Below, piece by piece: positions 40,900 through 53,537 of a stretch of DNA of 64,000 nt (position 1 is its first letter; every line of letters starts with the position of its first letter). The translations under genes were made by a program, and so were the position numbers. Below the pieces are notes generated by a model, which worked only from the letters and a program-made list of their open reading frames with translations, ran no database searches and had not been told where the DNA came from. The stretch spans positions 2,790,001 through 2,854,000 of the forward strand of contig CP158635.1 in NCBI GenBank assembly GCA_050273025.1. The letters are read 5' to 3'. This DNA comes from Cenococcum geophilum. Taxonomy: Eukaryota.

Positions 40900-42467
40900 G
40901 GCTTAGTAATATCGTGATACTTACTAAGATCTATAGGTGGAACGCTAGCTCCGCCGGCTTCGCGATAGAGTTATACTTATAAAGCTTTAATTTAAATAGC
41001 AAGATTATTTATAAAATAACCTTTAGGGGTATAGTAGGAGTCCTCCGGATCTTTAATCTAGTCGTTTAGATATAGTTCCTTCTGCTACCGAATAGATTGC
41101 AGAGCTCTCTTAGTACGTTAAAGATTAGCAGTATGCTTAGCACTTACTGCCGCTAAGGCTATAGCCTCTCTATCCATTACTTCTATTATCTTATAATATA
41201 GTTACATTCTAGCTTCTTGGCTTAGTGTAGGAAAGCCTTTTAGTAGAGGCGGAGGCTGCCTAAATCCACTTAATCCTAACGACTGTATAGTATGCTAAAT
41301 TTGTCGCGTTTAAATTAAGACTAGTAAGCAATTATAAGAGAGGCGATCGTCGTCAGATAAAGTATGGTTTAGAGGAGTTACCTACCTCTAGTCTCCCTTA
41401 GCTAAATCGTCGTCGTTATTATTATTGTTAAATTAATTGCGATCGCCTGCGGAGCTAGTTCCTAAGCTTAGAATAATACTATTAGAATTACTGTCTTTAT
41501 CAGCGGAAGATTCGCCGGAGGCTAAGATCTAATAACTGTTATCTTCTATATTAGAAGACACATTGTAAACCTTATTAGCAGTAGTAAGGGCGCTAAAAGT
41601 AATAGATTAATTATCTTCGTCCTCGCGCTCTTGCTTAGCGGCCTCCCGCCTATTACTATTCTTATCTAGTTAAGGACCTAAAACTTCCTTATTGCTATCT
41701 AAATCCTTATAATTAAATTTAGCGTTACTAATATCGGACGGAGGCTCCGCTATAGCCTAGTGGGTAGGTGGCAATAAAGTAGAGGCCTAAGGATCTCTCC
41801 TATATAGGTAACGAAACGGCGTACAGCCAATTAACTCATGGTAGGTACGATTAATTAAGGCCGCGATAAGTAGGCAAGCCGCTGCCTATTGTGAAGTTCC
41901 TGTAACTCGCTTTACTATATAAAGCTTTTTCTTTATAAAGCCGTTGGCCTACTCTATAAGGCCTTATAATTACAGGTAATAGGGACGGCTATTAATAACT
42001 TTAACTCTATAACGACAAAGTAAAATAAGAAGGGCGCCTTTAAATTCTAAACTGTTATTACTCTACCAAATATAAGGGTGAATACTATAGTAATGTAGCC
42101 ATTGTAAAATAGTAGCGGCGACTTCCTTAGTAGTCTTCTGCTTAAGAGGATAGAGGGCGTAGTATTTACTAAAATAATCGCGTATCTATAGAATCTATTT
42201 ATATTCGCCGTCTAGCTTAAAGCGCATATTAATTAGATCGCCTTAAATACGGTTAAAAGAAGCCAATAAGACGATTATATTAAGCGGAGGCTTTATAGTA
42301 GAGGCTGCTTTTCTATAAGAATATTAGTGATATACCTTTAGATCTAGAATTTTTAACTTACTCCTTATAGATCCGACAGTAATTAATTAGCTAGTTAACT
42401 TTAACATTTCTTATACCGTAATACTCTATCGCAATTATATAGTACATCTTCTTCTGCCCTAAGTATT

Positions 42468-42690
42468 TGTAAGCTTTGCAGAGTGTGGAAATGCATGAAC
42501 GACTTGATTGTAAATGTAGCTCTAGAGGCTCTATATATATACACGAAGAGGGTAGAAATGATGGGGTAATAGATAGCTGAAACGGGAACGGTGATCTGCA
42601 AGCAATATTGATCTGCAAGTCAATATATAGGGTGGCTGTCTTGGAGCCCTCCAGGTGACGATCTCGACATAGTGTCGGTAGTCGGTTACA
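42468..42690. mobile_element. Solo LTR (223 bp) in the Ginger-like integrase gene
   Basis: TGTAA...TTACA ends, 5-bp TSD GTATT (42463-42467, 42691-42695). The host frame reads through after removal. Confidence 0.88.
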
Positions 42691-45600
42691 GTATTTAATA
42701 TACTTGCTTACGATTATATTATAAATCTCTAGCTTAGGAATTACCTTTAAAGCCTTTTTATTAGCGCCTAATGGGCGCCTTTAGAGGCCTTATAGATCTA
42801 GGTAAATATCTTCCCTTATAAACCACCGGAGGTTGGCCTTTAATTTAGCGTTGTGTTTTGCCTATATATAAGCTTTATAATTTGGATTGGCAAGCTAGGA
42901 AATAAGGTCGTTATATTTATATTAGGAGACTCGCTTTATAGAGTTCTTCCTAGTTTCTTCTAGATACTTTATAAAGGCAGGCTTTACTATAACTAAGAAT
43001 GCAGAAATAGCTTGGGCGGCGTTATAGAATCCAAATATAGTAGAAGGTAAGGTAGTATTAGATATAGAGGTAGGTATAGGATTAGGCGCGGAGGCCGACA
43101 TCGCTATTACTATTAGATTTAACCTAGCAATTAAGTTAGATATATATTCAGAACTTATAGAAAAGGCCTGTATATTGTTAAGGGTCTAATTAAGTCGTAG
43201 ATAAGGTGGTGGCTAAGGAGCGATTAATGAGAATTTTTTAAAGTTCGTTATAAAGTTTGAAGTTTAAGTTCGAAGCCCCTAAGCTAAGCCTAATTGGGCG
43301 ATTACTAAGCAAAATTAATACTATAAGGGGCTCACAAGAGCTCTCTAAAAAATGCTTATAGTTAATTGCGAAATATTATTCGACTACCAAATATACACTT
43401 ATTAAGTAGATCTTTTGGCGACGTTGTGTAGGCGTTATAGGTGTAATTTAGGGTTACTATAGGCCTTATGCGATAACTATTTACCAATAAAATCTAAAGG
43501 TGAAATAAAAATTAAGTATATGGCGCAACTATTTTGAAAAATAGCTTCGCGATTGGCGGTGTAGATGCAGCGTTAGTGAGCCTTAATTGGGCTATACCGT
43601 CTTACAACTGGCCCGCTTTTCAAGAGACCCGCCCTAGAACAAAGCAACTAACCCGGAATAAAGCAGCTCAAAGCGATATACGATTTGTTCCTCTTTAAGG
43701 ACGATCTATTCTAGAATAAGGCAGAAATATTCCGGAATAAGCCGTATACCGGTATTAGGTAGAACAATAGCCTTTACTATAGAACCGCCTATCCTAAATA
43801 GCAACTCCGTCCTCCTTATAACTAGGTTAGCGTTATATCTATAATATTATAGTTAATTACTACAGGCAGATCTAAGTGGGTGTTAGCCCCTCCCTACTAC
43901 GGATTAACGTTAATAGAGAGGTAGGAACTAGCAAATTATATCTTATTACTATCCTCTCTACTACGCTCTATAATATAGTAAGGGCTAATAGTAAGCCAAT
44001 ACTATTAGTTTAAGCGGCCCCTACTAGGGTAGCTGCCTTTAATATTAACGGCAGAACTATATATAATCTATTAAGGTTGCTAGTAAATCGCCCGTTTAAG
44101 GACTTGCCTACTACTAGTCTTACGCCTCTATAATAGGCTTTTAAGGATATTTACTATCTTATTTTTAATAAGAAATCTATAATTAGGTAAGTATATCTAG
44201 CCTAGATCAATCGCCGTCTCTATTAAATCTACTCTATATATAACAATAACTACTTTAAAGGCTGAAACATCTTACTAGTAGGCGATTTCCATTAGCTTCC
44301 CCCTATAAATTAAGCGGCCTTATACAGCAATCTACCCACTAGGCCGTTAGAGCTTGCTAGCCATAAAAAAGAAGCCTATAAGGCAATTAACCGAACTGCT
44401 ATTCTAAATCAAGTTATATAGTAGGGCGGTAATAACGCTAAAAGCTTTATATTTAGGACTGTCCTTATAAAGCTATATAGTAATTCTATAAGTAAATTAA
44501 CCTAGAAGCTTCTTTTAACTAGGTATAAGCAAGGCCTATCTACTAATAAGGTTATAGGCTTTAATAACGCAATTCGGCTATATAGTATACGCGCTACTAT
44601 AGGTAAGTATAACACTACTTAGCTTCGCGACCTTTTACAGCTAGTAGTGGCTATTAAGTCAGTTAATACTAGTATTGGTGTATAGAAAGTTACTCCTAAT
44701 TAGTGCGATATTATAGAGAATCTAGCCCTATATATTGGCGTGAAAGTAATACTAATATAAAATATCTGGATTAAACTAGGCTTAGTAAACGGTACTACTA
44801 GTATAGTTAAAGATGTCGTATAGAAGGGACACGCGGATATTAAAAAGGATTAGCCTTAGTTACTACTAATTATAGTAGATAGGTATAACGGACCTACCCT
44901 ATTTACTCGGCAGGATAGTAAAAAAAGTTATCCCTATATTTTCCGTACTTTATAAGTAGGAGGGTATAAAAGGCTCTTACTTATAGTATTAATTTCCAAT
45001 TATTCTAGCTTTTACTTTTACCGTATATAAAAGCTAGGGCCTAATACTTAACTAGGTGGTTCTAGATATTAAGGAAAAGGATAAAATAGTTAGGCTAACC
45101 TATATAGCAATCTCACAAGTTAAGAAGCTTTTAGGGCTTATATTTAAACGTAGGTTTAATATAAAACGATTTTAGTTATTTATAAGTAAAACTAAAGAGG
45201 TATAATAAAAAGATTTTATATAGAGGTAGTAGCAACTACTTATAAACGACTTTTCCTAATTAGGAAATTATATACTAGCTTAGAGGTAAGCGGAGAATAT
45301 AGTATTTATTTTAGTTTTCTAACTTTTAAATAGCTTAACCGCGAAATCTAATTTTCTAAATTTTAACCCCCCTATCTATCCTACCTTCTTACCGCTTTTA
45401 AAGCTGTTAGATATATATATAATAGTATATAGGGAGAATTAACAGTACTGCCGGATTAATATTACTGCTATCTATAGCGTTAATTAATTTTTGGAATTTT
45501 TTAATTTTTTTAAAGGGCGGAAATGTCGCTTATATAAGAAGTTATATAACCTCCAAGAATACTTAGGACTATATATTAGCAGCCACGACTTCTCTATACT

Positions 45601-46053
45601 ATAGTTAAGATTTTATATATACTATACCTGGAGCTACTTACAATTACTATTACTTATAAATCTGCCAATTTATAAATTAAAAATTAGACGTAGTTAGAGC
45701 TATTAGTAGGGGTTATTAATTGCGCTCCCTATAATAAAATTTTAGATTTTAGTAATCTAAACTAATAAATTAAATTAAAAGTTTAGAATGTCTAAATAAG
45801 GTTCTGCTAAAACACTAGCTAAACCTTAACCTAGACCCTTCCTAACCTATTAAATTCTAAAAATAATAACCTTTATTAAATTAAAAATTAACCTTATCCT
45901 TAATAAGCCATCTAATTAAATTTAATAGTTCTTTATTATCTAAGACACAGCTAAAACTAATAAGGTATAGTAGTATATTAACCTATCTAAGAAGAAAGAC
46001 AATCTTTTAAAACCAGAACTACTAAGTTGGCCTATACTAAGGGATATACTACC

Positions 46054-49000
46054 TATTGGACTTACAAGGGGATATCACGTAGCTACGGTTCGTAGATAGT
46101 ATAATGATTGTTCTTTTTTCTTCTTAAAGAAAGGGGTGAGGAACCTAAGGTTCCTCACCACGCTAGTGCCGCGGCGGCATGTAACGGCAACTTGCCACAC
46201 GTGACGGCAATATGCCTTATATAGTAACCATTTGCCTTTATTCCCAACACTAGCAACTCTTCTTTTGTGGTTGCCATCTATATACATATACCACTTAACT
46301 AGCGGAATAAAAATTAATCCTCCTTACTTACTATTGCCATTATAATATAAGTCTCGCTATCCCAAAATTTGCCTCTTAGCACGTAGTGCTTTCTTGCTTA
46401 TAAGTTATGGGTAGGTATCTTATCAGTAGGGCCGCCAAGGCGCTAGCGGTAAGCGAGCTAATAGCGATTTTCCATCTCGGGGATAAAAAATCCTAATTGG
46501 CTGGTTTAAGTTAGGGTCTATAGAATCTAACCAATTAGACAACTTTAACTGCCGGTCGAAGTTCCTAGACATCTCAAGACCTTACATAACTAAGAAATTT
46601 CTAGGGACTCCCTTTTAACCCAACCTTTAACTTATATACGTAGAGTATTTATATTAATAAACGTCTTTAGTGCCTTATTTAGGTTCGCCTTTGTTATTAC
46701 ATCTACCGGGTTATCTTAGCTATTAATCTATTAAATCTTAAAGAGTTCTTAACACTTATAGGATTGCTAAAGTGCTATAATATCGATTATAAGGCGCTTC
46801 TCCTTTATAGTACCGAGCTTAACTAAACACTTATAAAGGGAATATAAGTCGGTATATACGATTATAGGGATAATAGGAAGTTTGAGTCAATCTATAATTA
46901 TCTTTAGGGTAGTTCCAATTGTAATTGCTATATTAACTCCGCCAACCATTCTATATATCTCTAACGCTAAAACACTTCGGGTAACGCGCTTGCTCTTAGT
47001 TAAGCTCTAATAGATAAGATTGCTATAGATTATAAAGTTATTCTCTCTAGTAAATTCGTTTGTGATAATAATCTTATATCCTAACTAGAAGCTAAAATCC
47101 TTATTATTTATAAATAATCCATTAATAAATATAAAGAGCTTAGCGGTAGGAAGATTAATAGGCATGTAGAGTAGTCCCCAATCGAGATAGTTCATTTGCT
47201 AGAAAAGATGTTTATTTAGGGCAAGAACGTCATCCTTAATTAGTTCCTGGTATTAGGCGGTAACGGAGAAATTAAATAAAGCCTTAGGTTAATAGATAGA
47301 AGTAATATAAGCTCCGCAAGCGCGTTGCTCCATATATCCTTACTTTAGGGAATTAACGTTAATAACGTTAATCTTCTTACCTTAACCCTTCTAGCGTAAA
47401 GCAATGGAATCCTTGTTTAGGGAGAGGATACATCCATTAAAGAGTAATAGTATTGTTAAGTTAAGCTTTTCCTTTAGCTTTGCTATAAGATTTGCCTTTA
47501 CTAGCTTATCCTCTTTAAGAGCTAAGAATTGGTCGTCTCCTAAGATAATTATATTATTAGTTTATATATTGACGATTCCAAATAGGGTTCCTGTGGTTAT
47601 AATAAGGAAGCAGGGATTAAATATAGAAGTAGTTATTAAAAGCTTCTCTTTATAGTACTTACTATAGGTAGCCTACCAGTAAGTTCCTACCTCTGTAATT
47701 CTATATAATAGCTTAAGTATAACTATAATCGTGTCTTCAGGATACTGGTAGCAAATTTACTCCGGAAGGTATGCTAATATTAAGCGCTAAAGGTGCGTCT
47801 CTAATTAGGTATAGGCTTAAGTAATATCTTGTAAATAAACTGCTATTCTATTCTTTATTAAGGAGAGAGCTAATATAATAATAACTCGCTAACTAGCTCA
47901 TTAAATCGTGGGAGATTATATAAGAATTATCTCTTTACTATTATTGTTGTAACCTTAGATAACAAGTCTTAATTTCTTAAATAGGGCATTAGTAGCTTTA
48001 CCCTTAATCTCGTTAACTATTCTTAACTTAAAAATGCGAACTCTATTGAACTTAGTAGGGTCATATTTCTTAAATTTAAAGACTCCTCTTATAATAAGAC
48101 TATTAATCTCCTACTTATTAGATGCTTGGAAAGGAGCTCCTAAAATTATAATATAACCTTCCTTTTAGAGCTGTTTTACGAGTTCAAAGTTAGCCTTCTC
48201 CTTAGCTGTTAAAAAGGCCATTAATAACTTAACTCCATTCTTAATGGCGGCAACAAATTATTCTTCAAAATTAATAAGATATTAGCGATTTTGTAATCCC
48301 TTTAGGCGACCTTTGCCGCGTTGTGGTTATAGTATATCTACTATAATTATATCGGGATTGTAGTCGCCTTCTAGAGTATATTAATCGTAGTTCTCTTCTA
48401 GGGCATCTTCTAGGGCATCCTGTAAAGGCTCGGAATTGTCATCTTTATAGTAAGGCTTAATAATAGTTAAACGGAATTAAGTAGGTCTGTAAGGCATCTA
48501 AATAGTACAAGTTTAACCATTAATTGCAATAAGTTGGTATAGGCCTAACTATCCTCCCTTTTTACGCTATACGCGTACCTTAGACTAAAGTGGCAGGTTG
48601 AGCGTAGTCAAGGTATTTAGGCCATTTCTTATTCCTAGTGTATTGTTGACCTAGCGTATAGCGTAAAGACGTTATACCTCCTTTATTGCCTTACGGATAG
48701 CCTTAGCTCATTACACAATAGAGGGAGATAGTGGAGAATCGTTAGTTATTTAAGGGTAGGCGCTAAAGACTAGTAACGTAGGTACGAGTCCATCCAGGCT
48801 AGCGGAATTATTAATAGCTTTAACAGCCATTTGCAAGGTAAGTTTTTTACTAGCATCCTTTAGTTTTAAAGAAATAATCTTATATACGCGGCGTAATAGC
48901 GCGTAATATCGTTCTACTTTTCTAATACTATTATATGCCTTAATAGGGACTTCCTTAACCTTAATTGCTATTGCCTTTATCTATTATCGAAACTCTATAG

Positions 49001-52000
49001 ATAAGAAGTTCTTTCCTATATCGTAGATGATTTAATTAGGGGGTCCTAAATAGATATTAATCTAGCATAACCGAAGGGTCTCTTATACGTTTCTAGCTAA
49101 CATATCTTTTAAGAAACGCGCGGCTTAGAAGGAGGTTAAGAAGTTAATAACTTAGAGCACTAACTTGCCGCTAAGATATATAACGTTAATAACGATACAG
49201 AAGTTAAAGTTGTAGTTATCCTTAAAGGTAAACTTAAATCGGCTAGGGGACTTCTGGTTTATTTAGTAGTAATAGTAATACTTTATAAGATACTTAATTA
49301 CCTTAACCTTAACTTCATAGCCTACTCGCTAAAAAACCCTAAGCAATTAATAAACGGATAAGTGGCCAAAACAACGGTATAGTTAGCGTAACTCTAACTT
49401 AGTTAAGTAGCTCTAAGTAACACTCTTTTCTAGTTAATAAAGGAGCAACCAGGGGTAACCCCACTTACGCACAACAGGCACCCAATTATCTCCTTAAATA
49501 AGTATATTCTTAAGGTTATTAAGCTTAACGCCTAATTTATCTATATCTCTAATGCAAAATAGAAACGGGGTGTTTATAGGAACAACGTGAAAACTAATAT
49601 ACCCTAAGGGGGTTTAAACCCTAATTATGCCGAGAGAGATTATAGTACCTTTACCAAAACAAATCGTATGCTAGCCTGCCGTTAAATAGTTAATCTAAAC
49701 AGAGCTATTAAGCTACTAAAGGGCTCGAACTTAAGGTTCTCCTACTATAGATACTCCTACGGCTCTAGTATCCAGCATAATACCATAGAAGACGTTTGCC
49801 AAGTATCTATCGTTAAAGGAAAACATGGAGCTCTCCTTTGGCTTATTAAAGATATCTAACTTCGTAATAGAATGGAGCGTAAATTGGTTATTAAGGACAG
49901 CAACAGTTTATGTGCCATTTACCTTACTATACTTAGTAAAGTATTAGTCAGGTAAGTAGTCCTCAATTTCCATATCCATAAGGAGCTGTTCGGTCTCATT
50001 AACCTCACCCTTAAGGTCTTCTACGCCTTCGTATTAAACTAGGAAGCTTTAAAAGTAGGCCACAGTAACCTTGTAATTTCTAACATTTCTTACACTCTAA
50101 CGGAACTTGTTATATGCCTCTTTTCGCTTATTAAGGGAGTGTCTAGTTAACTAGCAATTTGGCTTCTTACAAATATAGCACTTCTTCTAGCGATTACTTC
50201 GAAATAAACCTCCACAAGGACCTCTATAATTACCTTATAGTTAACATTAATCGTACCCTCTTCCGTATTCCCTACCGCGGCCACCATATATTTAATTAGT
50301 CTAGTTGTAATCGTATTAGTCAGGAATACTTAGTTAGGTAGGGTTTTCGGTATAGAACTGTTAAGATTCTTATATTTACATCGCAGTACCTATAGCGGAG
50401 CGTAGCTTAGCATATACTCCTTTAAACATATCTACAGGTTTGTATAGCGCTAAGTTATACTTAGAAACGCTATAGCATGCTAAGATAACCTGGTCCCTTA
50501 GGCTGTTCTTATTTTAGTAAGTTTCGGTAAGGCCACATTAGATTTTCTAGAGTTTGTTAAAGAGTAGTTAAAGGCACTCTAAACAAGTCTTTGTTAGGTT
50601 AGAAGCAATAACTCTCTAGAATATAATCTCCCGCCATTCGGACATATAAAGTTGGCGATTCTTATTAGTTTTAAAGTAGGCTCTAGTAAGCTAAAGCATT
50701 GCATTAAGTTATAGTTTTTACCCGCAATATAGTCGTAATAGAATATTGCCGCCCGTCCCTTTAACATAACAAAGAAAGCGTAATGGTACTAGTGGTATTA
50801 AATTCCGACCTTATTGCAACAGTTATAAAAGACCTATAGTTTTGCTCCGAGTATATCGTACAGTTCTCCTTTAAACTTCTTCTCTTCGTCCAAATATACC
50901 TTTATCAGATTTGTGACTTCCCGTGGTAAAGGCTCACCAATTAGCTGGAGTGGAGGAGGTGGAGGCGGAGCAACTCTAAGTAGGAGAGCACCTCTAGGTG
51001 GGAGAGCAGCTCTAGGTGGGGGGTCAGCATTCTAGGGGTTTTAATATGAATTAAAGTTGCCTTCCAAAGAATATAGGTTGTTTTTAGGTTTCCGTAGTTA
51101 ACGTATAATCTTAGCTTCCGTCCATATTGGTTCTTCTACACTAGTAATAACGGCCTAAATATTACTAGTAATTAGGTTACCGTTCTCAGCAACGTATACC
51201 CCATTCCTACGGAGGAAGTCTTAAAAGTCCTAAACAATATTAACATTGCTAAGTGCCCAGGTATCAGCAGTCCATCCCACGAAATCCTCCCTAAAATACT
51301 CCTATAGTTGTAAGTCGGCGTAGTATCTATTTCGGTAGAATACAATATAGTATAAGAGAAAGCCGTTAACTTATTTTATAGTATAAGTTATTATATTAAA
51401 GGCAAATTCGTCCCAATCTTTATTAATAAGTTTCGCGTGCTTAGCTACCCCTAGTAGTAAGGAGTCTTTCCAGTTATTTAAGGTAGGCGTAGCCATATTT
51501 TCGGAGGGAGAGAAGTGTTATTAGTATAGAGATTGTCGTTTGGTACGCGTTCGTAATATATATTTATCGTTTGGTACGCGTTTATTGTTTAGTACGCGTT
51601 CGTGACGTATATTTGCGGTTATAGGGCTCAGGACCAGTTCTGGCCTTAAATCGCGAAGACTCGTAAAGCGTGTTATTCTGCGTAATAGACGCAAGAATCC
51701 GTAATCTTAAAAAGGCTTAGGACCAGTTCTAGCCTTTAGATCCTTAGATTCGTGGAAGAGTTCTATTTAAGGTTTAGGACCAGTTCTGACCTTAAAAAGA
51801 CAGCTTCCTCTAGCACGAGTAGCACTGGTATAGTGGCTCGTCTCTTCTTAGTGAAAACCTAGCTGTTCTATAGTATAACAGTGAAGTTAACCACTAATCA
51901 GTGTTGGACTCACAAGGGGATATCACGTAGCTACGGTTCGTAGATAGTATAATAATTGTTCTTTTTTCTTCTTAAAGAAAGGGGTGAGGAACCTAAGGTT

Positions 52001-52097
52001 CCTCACCACGCTAGTGCCGCGGCGGCACGTAACGGCAACTTGCCACACGTGACGGCAATATGCCTCATATGGTGACCATTTGCCTTTATTCCCAACA
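46054..52097 (-). mobile_element. Ty1/copia family A, copy 2 (divergent gag)
   Basis: 196-bp LTRs at 46054-46249 and 51902-52097, TSD CTACC. pol is the reverse complement of A1/A3. gag ATG near 51496. Confidence 0.95.
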
Positions 52098-53537
52098 CTA
52101 CCTATAACTATATTAATAGCAAAGCTAGACCTAAACTAGCTCACTACCTATAACTAGCTCTACGCTAAATATAAGGACGATTTACGTGTATACTAGAAGC
52201 AAAAACAGGCTATAAACGATATTAATAACTATATTATTCGCACTATATCGGTAGCCTACCTTTTACTTATTAATAGCCTTAGTTGTCGGTTATATTAAAT
52301 ATTTAAGGCGTCTCTACTACTATAGTAGCCACTACAGTAACAGAGATACCCCGTATTTTAGTAAGTAATTAAGCCCATCTTATATAAGAATCTCGTGCTA
52401 TTAATACTTACCAAATCACGTGCTTGCAGGGCCTCCTCCTATCTATAAATACTCCCTCCTCTATACTTTCCTCTCTTCTTTTCTTCTTCCTTATAAGAGC
52501 TAGAGGTGCTCTAATACCCCTCCCTAGTCCCTACTAAGGGATCTATTAGTTAATGTGGTAATATAAATAGTATTTAACAAGGAGACGGGTAAGAGAGGAG
52601 ATAGGAAGGACGGAGGGGCGTCTAGTAGGTATTGGTCGAGCAATATTAATGTCTATATTATAGCTGCCTAATCTCCTATTTATAGGCCTCCTCCCGTTTA
52701 TAAATACTCCCTCCTCTATACCTTCCTCTCTTCTTCTTTCTTCTTCCTTATAAGAGCTAGAGGCGCTCTAATACCCCTCCCTAGTCTCCACTAAGGGATC
52801 TATTAGTTAACGTGGCGATATAGATAGCATCGGATAAGAAGATAGGTAAAAAAGGAGATAGAAAGGACGGAGGAACCTCCGGTAGGTATTAGTCGAGTAA
52901 TATTAATAGTGGTTTTTATTACCTAAAAATTGCGTTATATAATAATATTTAGGAACGCAAATATATACCCCGTCCTATACTTACACTACTACTAAATATT
53001 CTAGATTTCGTATTCGGAGTTACTTATAATAGGTATTCCTAAAAGATCTACCGGTTTAAAGCTCTATAATTAAATATTATTAACGTTTTATATAGGGGTT
53101 GTTAATTAAGCTCCTAGGACACGATTTTTAAAGTTTAATACTATACTAATATTACGACCTTCTTACAGTGGCCAAGCCACCCCCAATCTTCTCCCCTTTC
53201 TCCCCCCTCCTATTACTTGGCGCTAAGCTATTATATCATTACTAAGCTATCGCGTTATCGTACGTCTAAACTAGGTGGGTAATAATGTGGTTACTTAATT
53301 ATGTTAAACGTCTCTATATATAGTTATATCTCTTCCTACATGCGTATTTAATTAAGTTGGGGTAGTAGACTTACTTTAATTCTAGCTATGCGGTGATTTA
53401 GTTATTAGGTATTAAAAATATTTAGTATATAAAGCTTTAAATTAGAATTATAATCTACTATATTAGATCCTACGTAGAGGGCTCTATATTAAAGCTCTGC
53501 AGTCTAAATATATACTAGATTTGTGACCAATATAATC

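Larger units (their letters stand above)
39200..43101 (-). pseudogene. Ginger-like integrase/transposase remnant; 3' end approximate
   Basis: 'RI*GDLINMR..DGEYK*IL.IRDYFSKY..LYPLK.K..KEVA...*SNNSLEF...NSRPYY.*L*GLIE*ANG' at 41940-42260, resembling the KRBA2/SCAND3-type rve core. Confidence 0.82.
38387..43766 (-). mobile_element. Ginger2/Tdd-like DNA transposon (gypsy-like DDE integrase with TIRs)
   Basis: 114-bp TIRs (38387-38500, 43653-43766), T(G>A)TTCT...AGAACA ends, 5-bp TSD ATAGC. No RT or LTRs. Confidence 0.88.
34980..45290 (+). pseudogene. DUF6570-like + Rep(HUH) + PIF1 helicase remnant (split at 38387-43766)
   Basis: 'EELLIARVYVYL.VVR..GQQYRYTG' at ~35760. Rep motifs 'FFILSAANL' (~36790), 'YK**VRGSGYIYSFL*' (from EWQ.RGS.H.H, ~37020) and 'YIGKYYSKEE' (~37520). 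Walker A at ~43910. Confidence 0.87.

Noticed and set aside
46428..46505. tRNA-like appearance of the GC-rich module
   Set aside because: No T-loop GTTCRA or complete cloverleaf could be built.
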